Source of the DNA: the human T2T-CHM13v2.0 reference genome, Homo sapiens
NCBI RefSeq assembly: GCF_009914755.1
Contig: NC_060932.1
DNA: 64,000 nt
Reading direction: 5' to 3' (one strand)
The position numbers were made by a program, and so were the translations under genes. Under the pieces are notes generated by a model, which did no database searches, was not told the DNA's origin, and worked only from the letters and a program-made list of their open reading frames with translations. This document shows positions 46,380 to 62,848 of the stretch, in pieces. Position 1 is the first letter of the stretch, and every line of letters starts with the position of its first letter.

Positions 46380-47029
46380 TAGTGGCTAAATGGTATTGCA
46401 TAGTGTTTATCCTATAATTTATTTAAGTACTTCTACCATGATCAATATGCAGTCATTTTTAAATTGTTTTGCTATTACCAAAATTTCAGAAAGTGGAATT
46501 ATTAGTTTTATTTTCTAAGGTTTAGTCTAATTTTCATCTGCTTGATAGTTCTTTTTGTATTCAGTATGAGAGTTAGGAGATAAGGCTGTCAGCCATACAT
46601 TGAGCAGCCCATTTTTATCAAATTTAAACTGATATTTTCTTATATTAAAAAAATTATTATGCCTAATTAATTCTGCTTCTTGACTCATTGTTCTTATTTT
46701 TCCTATTGTTATGTCAAGACCACAGTTTTAATTACCAAAAAATGATAAAATGCTTTATCTGCTTGAGCAAGTTAATCTATATTATATTTTTTTCTAAAAG
46801 TATTTAGGTAATTTTTATTATTTATTTCCTAAATGGGGTAGAGATAGCTTGTCAAAATATGGAATATTTAAAGGTTATTTTATACTAATAGATTAATTTG
46901 GGGGATATTGACCTTTTAGAGTATTAAGTCTCCCACAATAACTATGTCATGTCTCTCCTTTTTTTTTCTGTTTTTCTCTGATGCATATTTTTCTTTCCAT
47001 TTACCTTCGTATCTATACCATCATTTTGA

Positions 47030-47479
<450 letters not shown>

Positions 47480-48114
47480 TAAAGTTAATATTCAAATTAG
47501 AATATAGGAATAATTAGGGTGTAATTCTGTGACCTATTGTGTAAATTACCTTCAGGGTTCTAAAAGGTTCAAATACACTTATAATGACCATAAGGAGCTT
47601 AATGGAGGAGCAACTCAACCTGATCCTTTAGGAAAAGGCAGCTCCCTAAGCAATGGATTACAGTGAACAATGGCATGAAGATGAGATTTAGTATGGTATA
47701 TGCTTAAAACAGTGATTAGCGTTTCTTGGCAGATCAGAGAGGGAAGCTAAAATCCAGTGAGAATAATGGATAGAAGGGTAGGGTGGCAGTTGTGAAGACT
47801 CTTCAAAGTCAAGTGGAGTAGTTTGGAATTAATTCGATAAGTAAGGGAATTCATCCTGGGGTCAGAGAAGTGCCATCCAGACAGTAGAACTGTAGAATTA
47901 TTTCTGGCACATCGAATGCAGTTGGAACCAGGGTGAACTTGCTAGGAAGCTATTCGAATCATACAATCTGACAGAGAAAAGGGCCTGAAACAAGGATAAT
48001 GGTAAATAAATGATGCATTTCCAAAAAGGAAAAAAATCAGATGAAAAAACTGAATATGAAAGAATAAAATACTTAAAATATTTTTATTTTAGTAGACTAG
48101 ATTAAGAGTAGTAC

Positions 48115-48615
48115 TGTTGTAGGAGACAGAGGATTAGAGAGACTGATATGGGGAACAGGAGGATTTATTTGGGTGTACACCAGATCAGTGGATTCATATC
48201 TGAAAAGCTGAGCATTGAACAAAGACTGAGTGGGGTTTTTATAAGCAAATTTACAGAAGCAGAACAAAAGCAATCAATCATACAGTGACAGATCATGTAA
48301 TCTATAGCATAACTGTTGCCTTAGCATAACTTGTGGCCTTGCATAGCTAGTGGACTTGCAGTTGCATCAAAATAAAAACAGGAACTGGCTAAATACAGAC
48401 ATTTGTAAAACGCGGTCATAATTATTAGTTCAGAGAAGGAGAGACAGTAAAGGAATTTGTTTTTCTTTTCAACTTTGCTCCAGAGGGGGCTGTCTGGAGA
48501 ATATTCCTTTGGCCTCAGCTTTTCAGATAGTGTTATCTTATAACTGTCCTTGAAGTGAACTGGCTAAGTAGAGGAAAACTTGTGTTTCTCACTTAACCCT
48601 TGCTTTATTCTGTTT
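48115..48615 (-). mobile_element. Class I (ERV1) solo LTR, subfamily uncertain
   Basis: TGTTGTAGGAGAC terminus; antisense AATAAA at ~48164 and TATAAA at ~48238. Confidence 0.6.
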
Positions 48616-49144
48616 CTCTCTTTTAATTTCTGCATCAATATGATTGCCAAAGAGGATGGAAAGCTGTTTTAGTGAGAAATAAAAATAAGTTTGGGTCAGA
48701 ACATATTTAGATAAGCGTTGGAATAATAGAATGTATATTTGATAGAAAACTGAATCTGGGTGATGGAATTGCTGAAAGAGCTCAGCAGCATAGACTGCTT
48801 CTTTCTTGGGGCAAGTCATCTTCTGCCAATCTGCTTTTGATTTGTGGTATGGTTAGACTTGTCATTGTTGGGTTTCTATTGATGTTAAAGGGGCTTTGTT
48901 GTTTCTTTTGTTTTGGTAGAAAGTAATTAAACCAGTGAAAAATGATTAGCTGGAATTTTTTTTTCACAGAGAATATGATTTTCTAAAAAGTACAATTATG
49001 CTCAAGTTAAGCTTTTTATAAAAGGTATTTGGTGTTCTATAAAGGGTAAAGACATTAGACTTTTTTTAAACTTAAAGGTCACATTTAAAGGGGAAAAGGT
49101 GGGAACATGAGCAATGCTTGCAAGAACCACAGCAAAGGAATTAT

Positions 49145-49446
49145 TATTTTTAAATTTTTATTTTTATTTGAGACAGGGTCTTGCTCTGTCACCCAGGCTG
49201 GAGTGTAGTGGCATGATCTTGGCTCACTGCAGACTTGACCTCCTGGGCTCAAGCAATTCTTCAGCCACTCACGTAGCTGGGACTACAGGCATGTGCCACC
49301 ATGTCCAGGTAATTTTTAAAAAAAATTTCTGTAGAGATGGGCTGTCACTATGTTGCCCAGACTGGTCTTGAACTTCTGGGCTAAAGAAGTTCTGCCTTGG
49401 CCTCCCAAAGTGCTAGGATTAAAGGTGTAAGCCACCATGCCTGGCC
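49145..49446 (-). mobile_element. Alu (AluJ-type)
   Basis: TSD ACAGCAAAGGAATTATT. Confidence 0.93.
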
Positions 49447-51331
49447 TACAGCAAAGGAATTATTTCTGTTGATGGATAGTACAAATTTTTAGCCTATAGA
49501 AATTCACAAAATACATGTTATCTATATATATCATAAACTGCTTCTTTATTTTAATTGGTAAACAAGTATTGACTATTAAATATTGAAAGCAGTGAGAACA
49601 TTTCAGTTTCCTAAAACTAACCCACAAGGCTCAAAACTTAAGAAGAAATATTTGACAAAAAATTACACTAAATTTATGGAATTCTAGAGTGTATCTTTTT
49701 CAAATATTAAATCTTGTGGAAAAAACCAAAGTAGCAGTTATAGATATAGGTGGTGGTAATATAGATGCATCTTAGACACCCTCGTGTTAAGCTCCTGATT
49801 CTTCAAAACATATTCATTTTATGTTCCTTGGAATATTATAAAGGCTGGTCAGAAAACTAACAGCATTTCAAGGATACAGAAATTCCCAGTAGGGACACAC
49901 ATTTATTTGATAGTTGATTCTAATTACTAAATGACAAAAATAGTTGAAAAAATATAGATTACATATAAGCTTGATTAAGAACTGCCATCAACTTTTTAGA
50001 CTTTTTTGATGTACAATTCTATAGTTTTAACACAGGTATATATTCACATAGCCACCACCATTATCAGGATACAGAATTGTTTCTTCACTAAAAAGCTCCC
50101 TCAGGCTGCCTGTTCTCATCACCCTCCCCAGACCTCCTAAGCATTTGCAGTCACTTATCATACTTTACCACTATCATTATGTCTTTTTGAGAATGTCATA
50201 CAAATAGAATCATGTAGTTTATAACTTTCATGACCAGTTCTTTCACTCAGCATAATGCCTTTGAGATTCATCCACATTGTGTATATCAATTCCTCATTCC
50301 TTTTTGTTGCTGTAGTATTATTCCATACCACTGTTTGGCCATTCACCCACTAAAGGACATTTAGATTGCTTCCAGCTTTTGGCAATTATGAATAGAGCAG
50401 CTATAAACATTTATGCAAAAGTATTTATGTGAACATAATTTATAATTAGGGTAAATACCTAGGAGTACAATTGTTGGGTCATATGGCAAAGTGTATGTTA
50501 AATTTATTAAGAAACTGCCACACTATTTTCCAAAGTGGCTGTGCCATTTTGCATTGCCACCAGGAATATAGGAGAGTTCCAGTAGCTCAATGTGCTTGTC
50601 AGCACTTGGTATGGCCAGTGTATTTTATTTTAGCCATTTTAATAGATGTGACGCTCATTGTGGTTTTAATTTGCATTTCCCTAATGGTAAATAATGTTTA
50701 CAACATTTAATAATGTTGGACATCCTAATGGGTGTGAGGTGATATCTTATTCTGGTGTTGATTTGCATTTCTCTAGTGATTAGCAATTTGAGCAACTTTT
50801 CATGATCTTATTGGTCATTTGTATATCTTCTTTGGAGAAATAGCTACTCAAGTTCTTTGAGCATTGTTTTAATTAGGCCATTTCATATTTTTGTTGTTGA
50901 GTTATATGAGCTTTTTATGTATGTTGAACATTAACTACTTATCAGATATATGATTTCACATATTTTCTTGCACTTTATTGGTGCTTTTTCACTATGTTGA
51001 TTGTGTCCTTTGAAACACAGATGTTTTAGATTTTGATATAGCACAGTTTTTCTGTTTTTACTTTTTTCTTTGCTTTTGGTGTCAAATACAAGAAATTATT
51101 GCCAAATTTAATGTTATGAACCCTTTCCCTTATGTTTTCTCCCAAGGCTTTTATTGTTTTTGCTCTAACTTTTAGTTCTTTGACCCACTTTGAGTTAATT
51201 TTCTTATATGGTATTAGGTGAGGGTTCAACTTCATTTTTTTATATGGTTATCTGGTTTTCCCAGCACCATGTGTTGAAAAAACTGTCTTTTCCCCATTGA
51301 ATGGTCTTGGCACCCTTGTCAAAAATTCACT

Positions 51332-51625
51332 GGCTAGCCAGGCATGGTGGCTCATGCCTGTGATCACAGCAGTTTGGGAGGCTGAGATAGGAGGACTGCT
51401 TGACCCCTGGAGTTTGAGACCAGCCTGGGCAACATAGTGAGACCCTGTCTCTATACAAAAATAAGAAATTATACAGGCATAGTGGTGCATGCCTGGGGTC
51501 CCAGCTACTCAGGAAACTAAGGTGGACAGATTGCTTCAGCCTGGGAAGTTGAGGCTGCAGTGAGCTGTGATCATGTCACTGCACTCTGGCCTGAGCAACA
51601 GAGTGAGGCCTTTTCTAAAAAAAAC
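51332..51625 (+). mobile_element. Alu (AluJ-type)
   Basis: Full Alu within L1. Confidence 0.92.
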
Positions 51626-52871
51626 CAAAAATTTATTGGCCATATATGTGAGAGTTTGTTTCTGTGATCCCCATTCTATTTTATTGATCTCTATGCCTGT
51701 CATTATGCCAGTACCACACTATTTTGAGTGCTGTAGCTTTGTAGTAAATCTTGAAATCAGAAAATATATGTCTTCTTACTTTGTTCTTTTAATGACTCTT
51801 TTGCCTATTTTGGGTCTACATGAATTTTAGGATTTTTCTTCCTATTTCTTAGTAAAAGTAATTGAGATTTTGATAGAGATGGCATTGGATTTCTAGACTG
51901 CTTCAAGTAGTATTGTCATCTTAGCAATATTAAGTCTTCCAATCAATGAACATAAGATGTCTTTCTACTTATTTAAGTGTTTTAAAATTTCTTTTAGTAC
52001 TGTTTTATAGTTCTCAGTGTATAACTATTTTGCCTCCTTGGTAAAATTTATTCCTAAGTATTTTATTCTTTTTGATGCTATGGTAAATAAAATTGGTTTC
52101 TTAATTTCTTTTTAAAATTATTCATTGCTGCTATATAGAAATGCAACTGATTAGTGTGTGTTGATTTTGTATTCTGCAACTGTGATAGATTCCTCTGTTA
52201 CCTGTAACCTCTCGTTTTTTAAATTAGTGTGTTCAGACCATATATGTTTGGATTTAGGTCTATCATTTTATTATTACTTTTTCTGTCTGTTCCTTCTATT
52301 TTCCCCCCATTTAGCATTTCCTGCCTTATTTGGAGTTATTTGAATATTTGTTAGTATTCATTTTAAGTTATGTATTGTGTTTTTTACTACATATTTTCAT
52401 AATTTATTTTTAATGGTTGGTTTAGGGATTACAATGTACTTATTTAGTTTTTCACAGTCTACTTAGAAACAATATTTTACCACTCTAAGTGAAATACAGA
52501 AACTTTATCACCATATAAGTCTCTTTACTCCCTCCCATTTATGTTGTGGTTATCTTGTGTACTACATCTGTATACACTGAAAACTCCAAGAACAATGTTA
52601 TGATTTTTGTTTTCTACTGTCAGACATATTTTTAAAGAGTCTAGAGAGAGGAGTAGCATATTACATTTGCCCAGATATTTTCTATTTCTGCTGCTTTTCC
52701 TTTATTCTTGATGATCCAAGTTTCCTTTGGTACTTTATCTTTTCTGTCTGAAGAACTGCTTTTACAAATTTTTTCACAGTAGTTCTGCTGGCTGTGACTT
52801 ACCAGCTTTCCTTTATCTGAGAATGTCTTTATTTCATTTTTATTCCTGAAGGAAATTTTCATTAGCTATAG

Positions 52872-53210
<339 letters not shown>

Positions 53211-53645
53211 TGAGGTGACAGTTCTTTTCTTTCAGCATTTAAAAAATGTATTTCTGCTTCCTTATGGCTTTTATGGTTTCCGATGGGAAAACTCATGACC
53301 AATTCAAATTATTTCCCTATAATTAATGTGCCATTTTCCTCTGATTGTTTTCAGGATTTTTATTTTTTTTGTGTTTAGTTATTTGAGTTGATTTTTATAT
53401 GTCTCAGTAGGAATTTCTTTGGATTTATTCTGTTGGAGGTTTGATGAAATTTTTGAATCTATAGGTTTCTGCCTTTCACCAGACCTGAGAAGTTTTCTTC
53501 TATTATATCTTCAAATAATTTTTTTCTGCACCACACTCTTTTTTCTCTCCTTCTTAAGCACTGGTGACATGATTATTATAAATTTATTCTTGTTTCACAG
53601 GTCCATGAGACTGTAAATTTTTCTTTATTCTGTTTTTAAGATTAG

Positions 53646-53952
<307 letters not shown>

Positions 53953-55248
53953 AAGATTAGATAATTTCCATTGATCTAACTTTAAATCCACTGACTCCTC
54001 TTTCTATTTTATTGAGGCAGTGTTGCTATTTCTTGTTTGTCAATGTATTTTTCAGTTTTAAACTCTTAATTTAGTTCTATATATCTTCTGTTTCTTTGGG
54101 AGAGACTGTATATCTTTTTATTTGTTGAAAGAGTGTTTGCCCTTACTTTTTGTTACATCATCACGATAGCTGCTTTGAAGTCTTTGTCACATAATGTCTA
54201 CATGTGTGATATCTCAGTGTTGGTACATGTTTAATGTCTTTTTTCCACGCAAGCTGAGATTTTTTTAGTTTTTCATATGCTAAGGACATTTTAAACATTA
54301 TGAGATTTCGGGTTTTGTAATCTATGTAATATTAATATTTTTGTTTTAGCCAGCAATTGACTTGGTTGGATGCATGTAGATGGTTTTCACCAGCCTTGTG
54401 TGGGTTTTGGTTTTAATGCCAGTTCTGCTTTTGAGGATTTTTCAGTGCTATGTAGATCTTTCCTGTGTGTGCATGACCCAGTAGCCAGTCTGGGAGGTGA
54501 TTATGGTCCATCCAATAGGTCAATTCTTAAAGTCTTTGGTGTGCTGTTTAGGGTCAGATATATGCATGCATATTTTGGGCATGAGCCCAGAAGTTCATAG
54601 ACAACTTGATGGGATTTCTATCCCATGTGCCTCTTTTTTCATAATCTCCTTAGAATCTTCCAGTTCCTTGGTGTTCTCCTTTAGGTCATCTTGCTAGAAA
54701 ACTTTGGCTCTACTTATCCCCTGTGTTGCATACTTCCAGCCACTTCCATCCACGATGCCTTCATTCAGGGTCAAGTAGTAGAAGAGAGAGAAAAATGGAA
54801 TATGCTTTCCATTCCTAATTAATTATCTTGATTAGAGATAAGTTTCCCATCTTTCAGAATTTTAGTTATCTGTAAGCCCCTGTTGCTGCCACTATCACTA
54901 ACACCACCACTATGGGATTTCCTGTGGACAGGGACATGAGAGAATGGAGAAAAGATGTAAAAAACAGATATTTTTCCCCATGTGTGTAAGTATTAGAATT
55001 TCTCTTTCCCACTCCTTGAACCAGGGCTAGAGGGATTCTCATGAAGTTCTCTGTGTCTCATCCAGTGTCCTTTTCTCATTTTGGGGCCACCTTGAGTCTA
55101 GGAGAGGGTATACTGGAGGGAAAATAAGAAACTAGTCACTAGTTTGCATTAGGGAAGAAAGAATGAAATGGGCTTTTTCTCTCTTACCTGGAACTAGAAC
55201 CATCTTGTTTCAATGTTTTATACTGTTTGTTTGATAAACATCAATTTA

Positions 55249-55612
<364 letters not shown>

Positions 55613-55782
55613 TTCCCATAAAACATTTATAAATTAGAAATTAAACTTATTTAAAAATAATGAAAATTATTTTTAAATTATACGTTGATATAGCAATAGT
55701 TTGCTTTGCTATAGTTAATTAGGATGGATAAATCTAAAAAATTTCTCTGACCAAAGCGTCCCATCTATCTCCCTTCCCCTTC

Positions 55783-56157
55783 TGTTATGGAGTGAATGTT
55801 TGTGTTTCCTCTCTCCCCCAACTGCCCAAATTCATATGTTGAAATCCTAACCCTAAATATGTGATGGTTTTAGGAGGTACGTCTTTTGGGAGGTGATTAG
55901 GTCATGAGGGTGATAATGCCCTTATGAAAAGGAACCCAGAGAGCTCTCTTCCTTTTTTTTTTTTTTCTCGGTCATGGGAGGATACAAAGAGAAGTCAAAA
56001 GTCTTTAACCCAGAAGAGGGTCCTCATCAGAACCCAACAATGCTGGCACCCTGATCTGGGACTTCCAGCCTTGAGAACTGTGAGAAGTAAACTTCTGTTA
56101 TTTACAAGCCACCTCATCTATGGTACTCTGTTATATCAGCCTGGACAGACTGAAGCA
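55783..56157 (+). mobile_element. MaLR solo LTR (MLT1A-like)
   Basis: TGTTATGGAGTGAATGTTTGTG...; perfect 5-bp TSD CCTTC. Confidence 0.88.
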
Positions 56158-56864
56158 CCTTCTCAGAGGTTACTGCTCCAAACATTGTCTCTCAACATGT
56201 CTCAGAGGTCTAGCCATATAATTCAGATAGAGCTATTGTACTTTTAACTGATTCGTTTATAGTTTTAATTTAACTTAGTGTATTAAGCCATTCTCCTATT
56301 TAGATATTTAGATTTTTTCAATGAAAACCTGAATGCTTACTTAGAAAGAATAGTAGCATCTGTATTATAAATAATTCCAGAGCTGGCAGTCTCATATAGC
56401 CTGGTGCTGTGAGTTTTAAAGGTGTTTGTTGAAATTTTTGATCTGGTTGGACCTCACATTTTTTGTTTTTCTGTGTTGAGCCACAGTCACAACACTATTA
56501 AGCCATGTGTCAAGTCCCTTTACTGAAAAGCAATATGGTAAATTGAATGCCAGTGAAAATCATTTTTAATTGAATTTCTATAGTTTTCCCAAGAGTATAA
56601 TGAATATAATTGGCTAAGTCCGCAGCCACAAAACAAAACAAAACAAAACAAAACACCAGTGTAGAATAATGCAGCTTTTCCTCTAACAGTATTTTCTATA
56701 CAAAATGGCTTTTTTCCATACTATCAATCTTTTTTTTTTTTTAAATCATGGCTCTACTTCTTGGTTTGTTGAGAATGAATTTTACGTAGGCTATGATGTT
56801 GGTATTCTCTAGAATTTCATGCATGGAGTACCTAACACATTTAGAAACCATTCACAAATTGGAT

Positions 56865-58440
56865 GGCATGTGGCGGATTGAACCCTGAGCTTGTCTCTAG
56901 CCCTTCTCTAAAGCCCACTGGAATGACAGTAAAGGAACAAAAATAATATAATCCATGAGGACAAAGAGACAAGAGAAGTGACAGCAGCAGACCAGAGACA
57001 TCGAAGATGTTTGGAAGAGCAAATGAAAGAATGGCAATTACTTAGCAGCTGAAAGCCACAGTGGAATTGTGTATATATCTCTATACAGAGAAAAAAGCAT
57101 GGATTTTTGTCACAGAACCCCAGAAAATTTCAGGTGATAAGAGCACCATGGAAGAGCAGGTAGGACAGAAAATCTTTAACATGAGAATAACCTCCACGCA
57201 CCCCCCAACCCCCGCCCCCTGCCTTCCTAAGCTCACATGAACGGACGCTCCCTCCTCCATCAAAGAATACTGTAGGGTCATTCTCTGGAAATACTGAATG
57301 AGAAAGCTCAAGCCTCAGGATGCCACACAGAGCTGGGGCTTCAGGGAGATGCCGTGCTGGGGAGAGGGAAGGGAAGCCTGCATGCTGCAGGAGGAGTGTC
57401 CCCGGACAGCGGCCCCGCACATCTCCTGGGATGCCATCGCCCAGGTTCATGCTCTCTGAGCATGAAATCACCCAACTATTCTCTGGAGAAAATGATTGGT
57501 CCCCTAAAAAAGCTTCTCAGATTCTGACAAGAAGGACTTTCCAATGGAATGACAAAGTCCCAACCCAGTCCCTCGAAATAAAGCTCAAAGGTCAGTGTGT
57601 GTGCCCAAGCACTCAGAATTCACTCATTTTCTTAGTGTCTTGTTCTTAAATAGGACCATCAGCAAAGACGCCCAACACATTTGAGGAAAATCTTCAACAT
57701 GAAAGTAGAGAACCCCCAAAACAAACACCAAGAGAGGACAATGACAAAAATGCAGAGAGCAGAAGAAACTTCAAGAAAATATATAAAAATGTCTGCAGAG
57801 AGATTTGATATCACCTATATGAAACAAGAACAGGGGTTATAAAAGGAAGGAGAAGGAGTGCTCAGAATAATTAAATATAATGTTATAAATAATAAAAAAA
57901 AGTGTTGGGACAGATTTAAAGATTCTTACAGGATATTTAAAAAACCAAAAAACTGGATGGGCATGGTGGCTCACACTTGTAATCCCAGCTCTTTGGGAGG
58001 CCGAGGTGGGCGGATCACTTGAGGTCTGGAGTTCAAGACCAGCTTAGCCAACATGGTGAAACCCTGTCTCTACCAAAAATACAAAAATTAGCCTGGTGTA
58101 GTGGCACATGCCTGTCATCCCAGCTACTCAGGAGGCTGAGGCAGGACAATCACTTGAGCCCAGGAGGCAGAGGTTGCAGTGAGCCGAGATCATGCCACTG
58201 TACTCCAGCCTGGGCGATAGAGCAAGACTCCATCTCAAATAAATAAATAAATAAAAATAAAAAATAAAAAACCAAAGAGACAAAAAATAGGAGAAGAAGA
58301 AAATTAGGTGATTTATAAGATGTTTAATGTACTTAAAAAGATTTTCAGATAGAACAAACAAGGAAAACAAAAAGAATGATATTATTTTTAAAAATCAAAA
58401 GAAAATAAAAGAAATAAATTCATCAAACTAGGGAACTGGA
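56865..58440 (+). mobile_element. HAL1 or old L1 5' region remnant
   Basis: CCCACTGGAATGACAGTAAAGGAA...CCATGAGGACAAAGAGA motif recalled from HAL1; A-rich ORF1-like decay downstream. Confidence 0.55.
57955..58270 (+). mobile_element. Alu (AluS-type)
   Basis: Full Alu with (AAAT)n tail. Confidence 0.94.
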
Positions 58441-58911
58441 TGTGTGTGGAAGTCCTGAGTCCAGAAAAACAGAATTTTTCTTTCCTCAACTATTGACTCA
58501 TGATCTACCAGGGGAAGGGCCTGGGTGTGCCTGGTCAGGCGTCTCTCGCTGCTCCAGCTCAGCACAAGGAGCAGGGCAGGGAGGTTGTGTGCCACTTGCT
58601 CTAGACAGCATGGCTCTGTGGAATAAGTGGGAAGTTAAGGTAAACCTGGAGAAGGAAATACTGAAGAAGGATGTGAACAGAGAGACTGATGTGTGGAATT
58701 TCAGGGAGTCATAATTAGTAATAATCAGTCATGAAATCAGAGGACCACCTAAAATGACTATTCTGCTTGACCATCACACCAGCTCTTTGGCTGATAATAG
58801 CAGGCAAATGTAAACATAAATTAGGAAAAAATTTCAACATACACCATTTCCTAACTAGGAAGTGGTGCAACAGGGAACAGCACTTGTTATTTGCAGGACA
58901 GTGGCTGGGGC

Positions 58912-58937
58912 GTGTGTGTGTGTGTGTGTGTGTGTGT
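58912..58937. repeat. (GT)n microsatellite
   Basis: Read directly. Confidence 0.9.
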
Positions 58938-59278
58938 CAGGAGCTAACAGGCATGCAATGTGGGCAGAACCAAATTGAAGAAAAGCCAGCAGATTTTTGT
59001 TCCCAGATCTGAGTTTTGGGAGCACAGCAGGTAGCAGAAGCCATCAGGATAAGGAAAGGCCGAGTCTCTGGCACATCCGGCTGCATCTTTCTCTGTTCCT
59101 GTCCCCAGACGGGCAAGTACTGCCTGGGAAAATCAGCCAGCAAAACTAGAGCCAAGATGGTGGCAGTGCCTCAGTATTTTCAGAGGCTTTAATGCTTTCT
59201 CTGTTTCCCTACTCAGGGTTCTCTCTTATGGCCTTCACAAGTAGCTATTTTATATTTATTGCATACTCTGACACCTGC

Positions 59279-59826
<548 letters not shown>

Positions 59827-59959
59827 AACACCTGCTGTTTACTAAATATTGGAAAATAACTTTACTCCCCACTTTATGAAGAAAAGCCATACCATAAGCC
59901 TTTATTTTCTTGTGGCTTCTATTCCCATCTGTGTATTGATGATTTTTTACATCTGTAAC

Positions 59960-61290
59960 TCCATCCCATATGTTACTCCCGAGCTTGATTGAGTTCCATA
60001 GGCACTCCCAACTCAACATTCCTAAAACTCAGTTTCCTACTCCTCACCACCCCTGTGATCAGCTCCATCCATCAGCACTCAAGCTGGAAACCCGGGGAGG
60101 GATCATTCTTGATGTTTCCCCGCCCCTACACTACTTGCCCACATCTTTCCACTGCTGTGCCTCCTGGAACCCACCCTTGTTCTGGCCATCTCAGCTTTTT
60201 TGCTTGTTTCCCCTCAGCTCTTCTGTCCCCAGGCTCTCACACCCAGATGACTCCCTGCCCAGGTCTTGCCCAGCTCCAGTCCATTGTCCCACCCTGTGGC
60301 TAGAAAGATTTTTCTAAAAATTCCTGTTTCCTTTATGTTCTTATGCAAATCCTGGATGGAGCTTTGAGATAGGAGGTGGGACTTGACTCTAGAGGTGGGG
60401 ATAGGGCATTGGACCCAAATGAGGACTAGCTAAAACAGGAATAGGCTGGGAGCAGCTTTCCATAAGACACGCACAGCAGTGTGCTATGTCAGTTTACCAT
60501 TGCCATGGCAACACCCAGGAGTTACCACCCCCTTCCCATGGCAATGACCTGACGACCCAAAAGCTACCATCCTTTCCTAGAAATTTCTGCATAGACCACC
60601 CCTTCATCCACATGTAATTAAAAGTAGGTATACATGTGACTGCAAAACTGCCCTGAGCTGCTGCTCTCTGCCTATGGGGCAGCCCTGCTCTGCAGGAGCA
60701 GTCTTGGAGCTGTAACACTGCTGCTTCAATAAAGCTGTTTTCTTCTACCCTACCACCAGCTTGCCTATGAATTCCTAAGTGAAGCCACAAACCCTTACGG
60801 GCTAAGACTCACTTTGGGGCTCATGTGTCTTGCCTCAGCTTCTCTACTTTACTTGGGAAATCCCAAGTCCTAAACCCTAGAGTTCAAGGACTTCACAGTT
60901 CCTCACTGTTTACCTCTCCAGAATCATCTGTTGTTGCTCGCTGTACTTAGCCATGCTAGAGGATAAGAATCCTCTAGAATGCTTATTTTAAATGCAAAGT
61001 CTTGAGAATATGGTTTAGTAGATGAGCTCCAAGCTCAGGAAACTTGTTTCGACAAGCACTCTGGGTGATTCATATGTAGATGGTTTATAAACCACACCTG
61101 GAGAAAGCCTGCTGCTCAGGTGGTACCTGGGCTATTTCTTAAAGTTTCATTCTCTGTTTCACCTTTAGCATTTCCACATGCTGTGTCCATTGCCTAGAAC
61201 AGACTTCTCTGTCTCCTCTTACCCCTTCCTTACCCCCAGCCCAACTTGGCTCTTTATCCTTCCCTTTCAGGGTGCAGTTTACAAGTGGTG
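59960..61290 (+). mobile_element. L2 fragments (interrupted by MER41 and a MER5-like piece at ~60955-61115)
   Basis: GGCACTCCCAACTCAACATTCCTAAAACTC; CATGCTGTGTCCATTGCCTAGAAC. Confidence 0.6.
60365..60837 (+). mobile_element. MER41-family ERV1 solo LTR (MER41C/D-like)
   Basis: TGAGATAGGAGGTGGG...TGCCTCA; perfect TSD GCTT; GTCAGTTTACCATTGCCATGGCAAC core; AATAAA at ~60728. Confidence 0.82.
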
Positions 61291-62519
61291 TCTTCTGGGA
61301 AGCCCCCACGATCCTTTCAAAGCCCAATTAGTAGACTCCCTTTCTTTGTACATGCTGAGGAACTTGTTACATTGTCACTCCTGTTCACTCTGTTTTCTCT
61401 GCTTGAGCTGAGGAGCTCCTGCCTTTGGTGACCCTTCCAACTTGGGTATTTTCAAAGAAAGGGCAGTGTTGTACCAGCACCAGCACCATTAAGGAAGATG
61501 CCTATCACTTGGCAGCACAAATGCTACTGACATTACATGGTGATGCATGGTTTTCATCCTTTCCTTCAACATAATGCCAAAGGCAAATTTCTCTTAACCT
61601 GTTATACATCTTGTTGGCTTTGCTTGGGAAGAAGCAGGGGATATCCCAACAAAAGTCTAGTATTGAGCACAGGATTAACTAACTTTCAACAAGACATTTC
61701 AGTAGAAGGAAATTAACTTTGCTTATTAAGTAGATGATGGGTTTTTTGTAAGCATATTTTTAAAATTTGAAGCCTTATTTGTCCATGATACTTAAAGATG
61801 AAATGAAGACCTTAGATCATTTAGGGTTATTTGTTTCTGTGTTTGCAGGTTTCCATTGGAAGAGGGGAGCACTTCTGGCAATAGCTAAAGCTATTAACCA
61901 TCGCATGAAAAAGATGATTAGGTTTTCAGCTTTCAAGTGAGAATGCTGCTACTTTAATGCCCAAATGTATCAACATCGGCAAAATCAGATTTAGCTGAAC
62001 AATTATAATAGAATGGGCTGCGCTGCCACCCATGCTTTTAGATGTCCAGGGTAAAAATAATTTCCCCTCAAGCCTAATTTTCGAATTGTTTGTTTTATTT
62101 TCCCCATAAAATAGGGAAGAACTGTGTGACTCAATTTCAACATTCCTGTATTTATTATCAACATATTTCACCCACTCCTACCTGGCAGGGCATCAGGTTT
62201 GTGCAATCAGTGACTATCCTGGGTCTTGTCAATTGAGCTGTTGTTTGGCGTGTGGAAACCAGAGAGATTCACTTCATGTTACACTCTGGGCTATGTGCAG
62301 TTTATTGCTTTCTGCATGTTAATGTTGGGTGGAGAGAACTTTAAATGTGTCATAGATTGGATTTTAATGAGAAAAATAAAATCAAAGGAAAGGGAGAAAC
62401 TGAATGCAACATCAGGATTTTAAGGAAAACATTTCTTGTTCTGATTTGATTTTATTTACTGCACCAAATGCACCATGTGTCAAGCATATTCTATTCAAAT
62501 AAGATTTATGAAGTACTTT

Positions 62520-62696
62520 TTCTTATTTATTTATTTATTTTTGGACAGAGTCTCATTCTGTCACCCAGGCTGGAGGGCAGTGGTGCAATCATAGCTCACT
62601 GCAACCTTGAACTCCTGGGCTCAAGCAATCCTCTTGCGTCAGCCTCCTGAGTAGCTGGGACTACAGGTGTGAACGACCATGCCTGGCTAATTAAAA

Positions 62697-62728
<32 letters not shown>

Positions 62729-62848
62729 GTAGAAACAAGATCTAGCTATGTTGCCCAGGCTGGTCTTGAACTCCTGGGCTCAAGCAATCCTCTTGCCTCA
62801 GCCTCCCAAAGTGCTGGGACTATAGGCATGAGCCACGATGCTTGGCCT
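62520..62848 (-). mobile_element. Alu (AluJ-type) with long central T tract
   Basis: Full antisense Alu. Confidence 0.92.
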
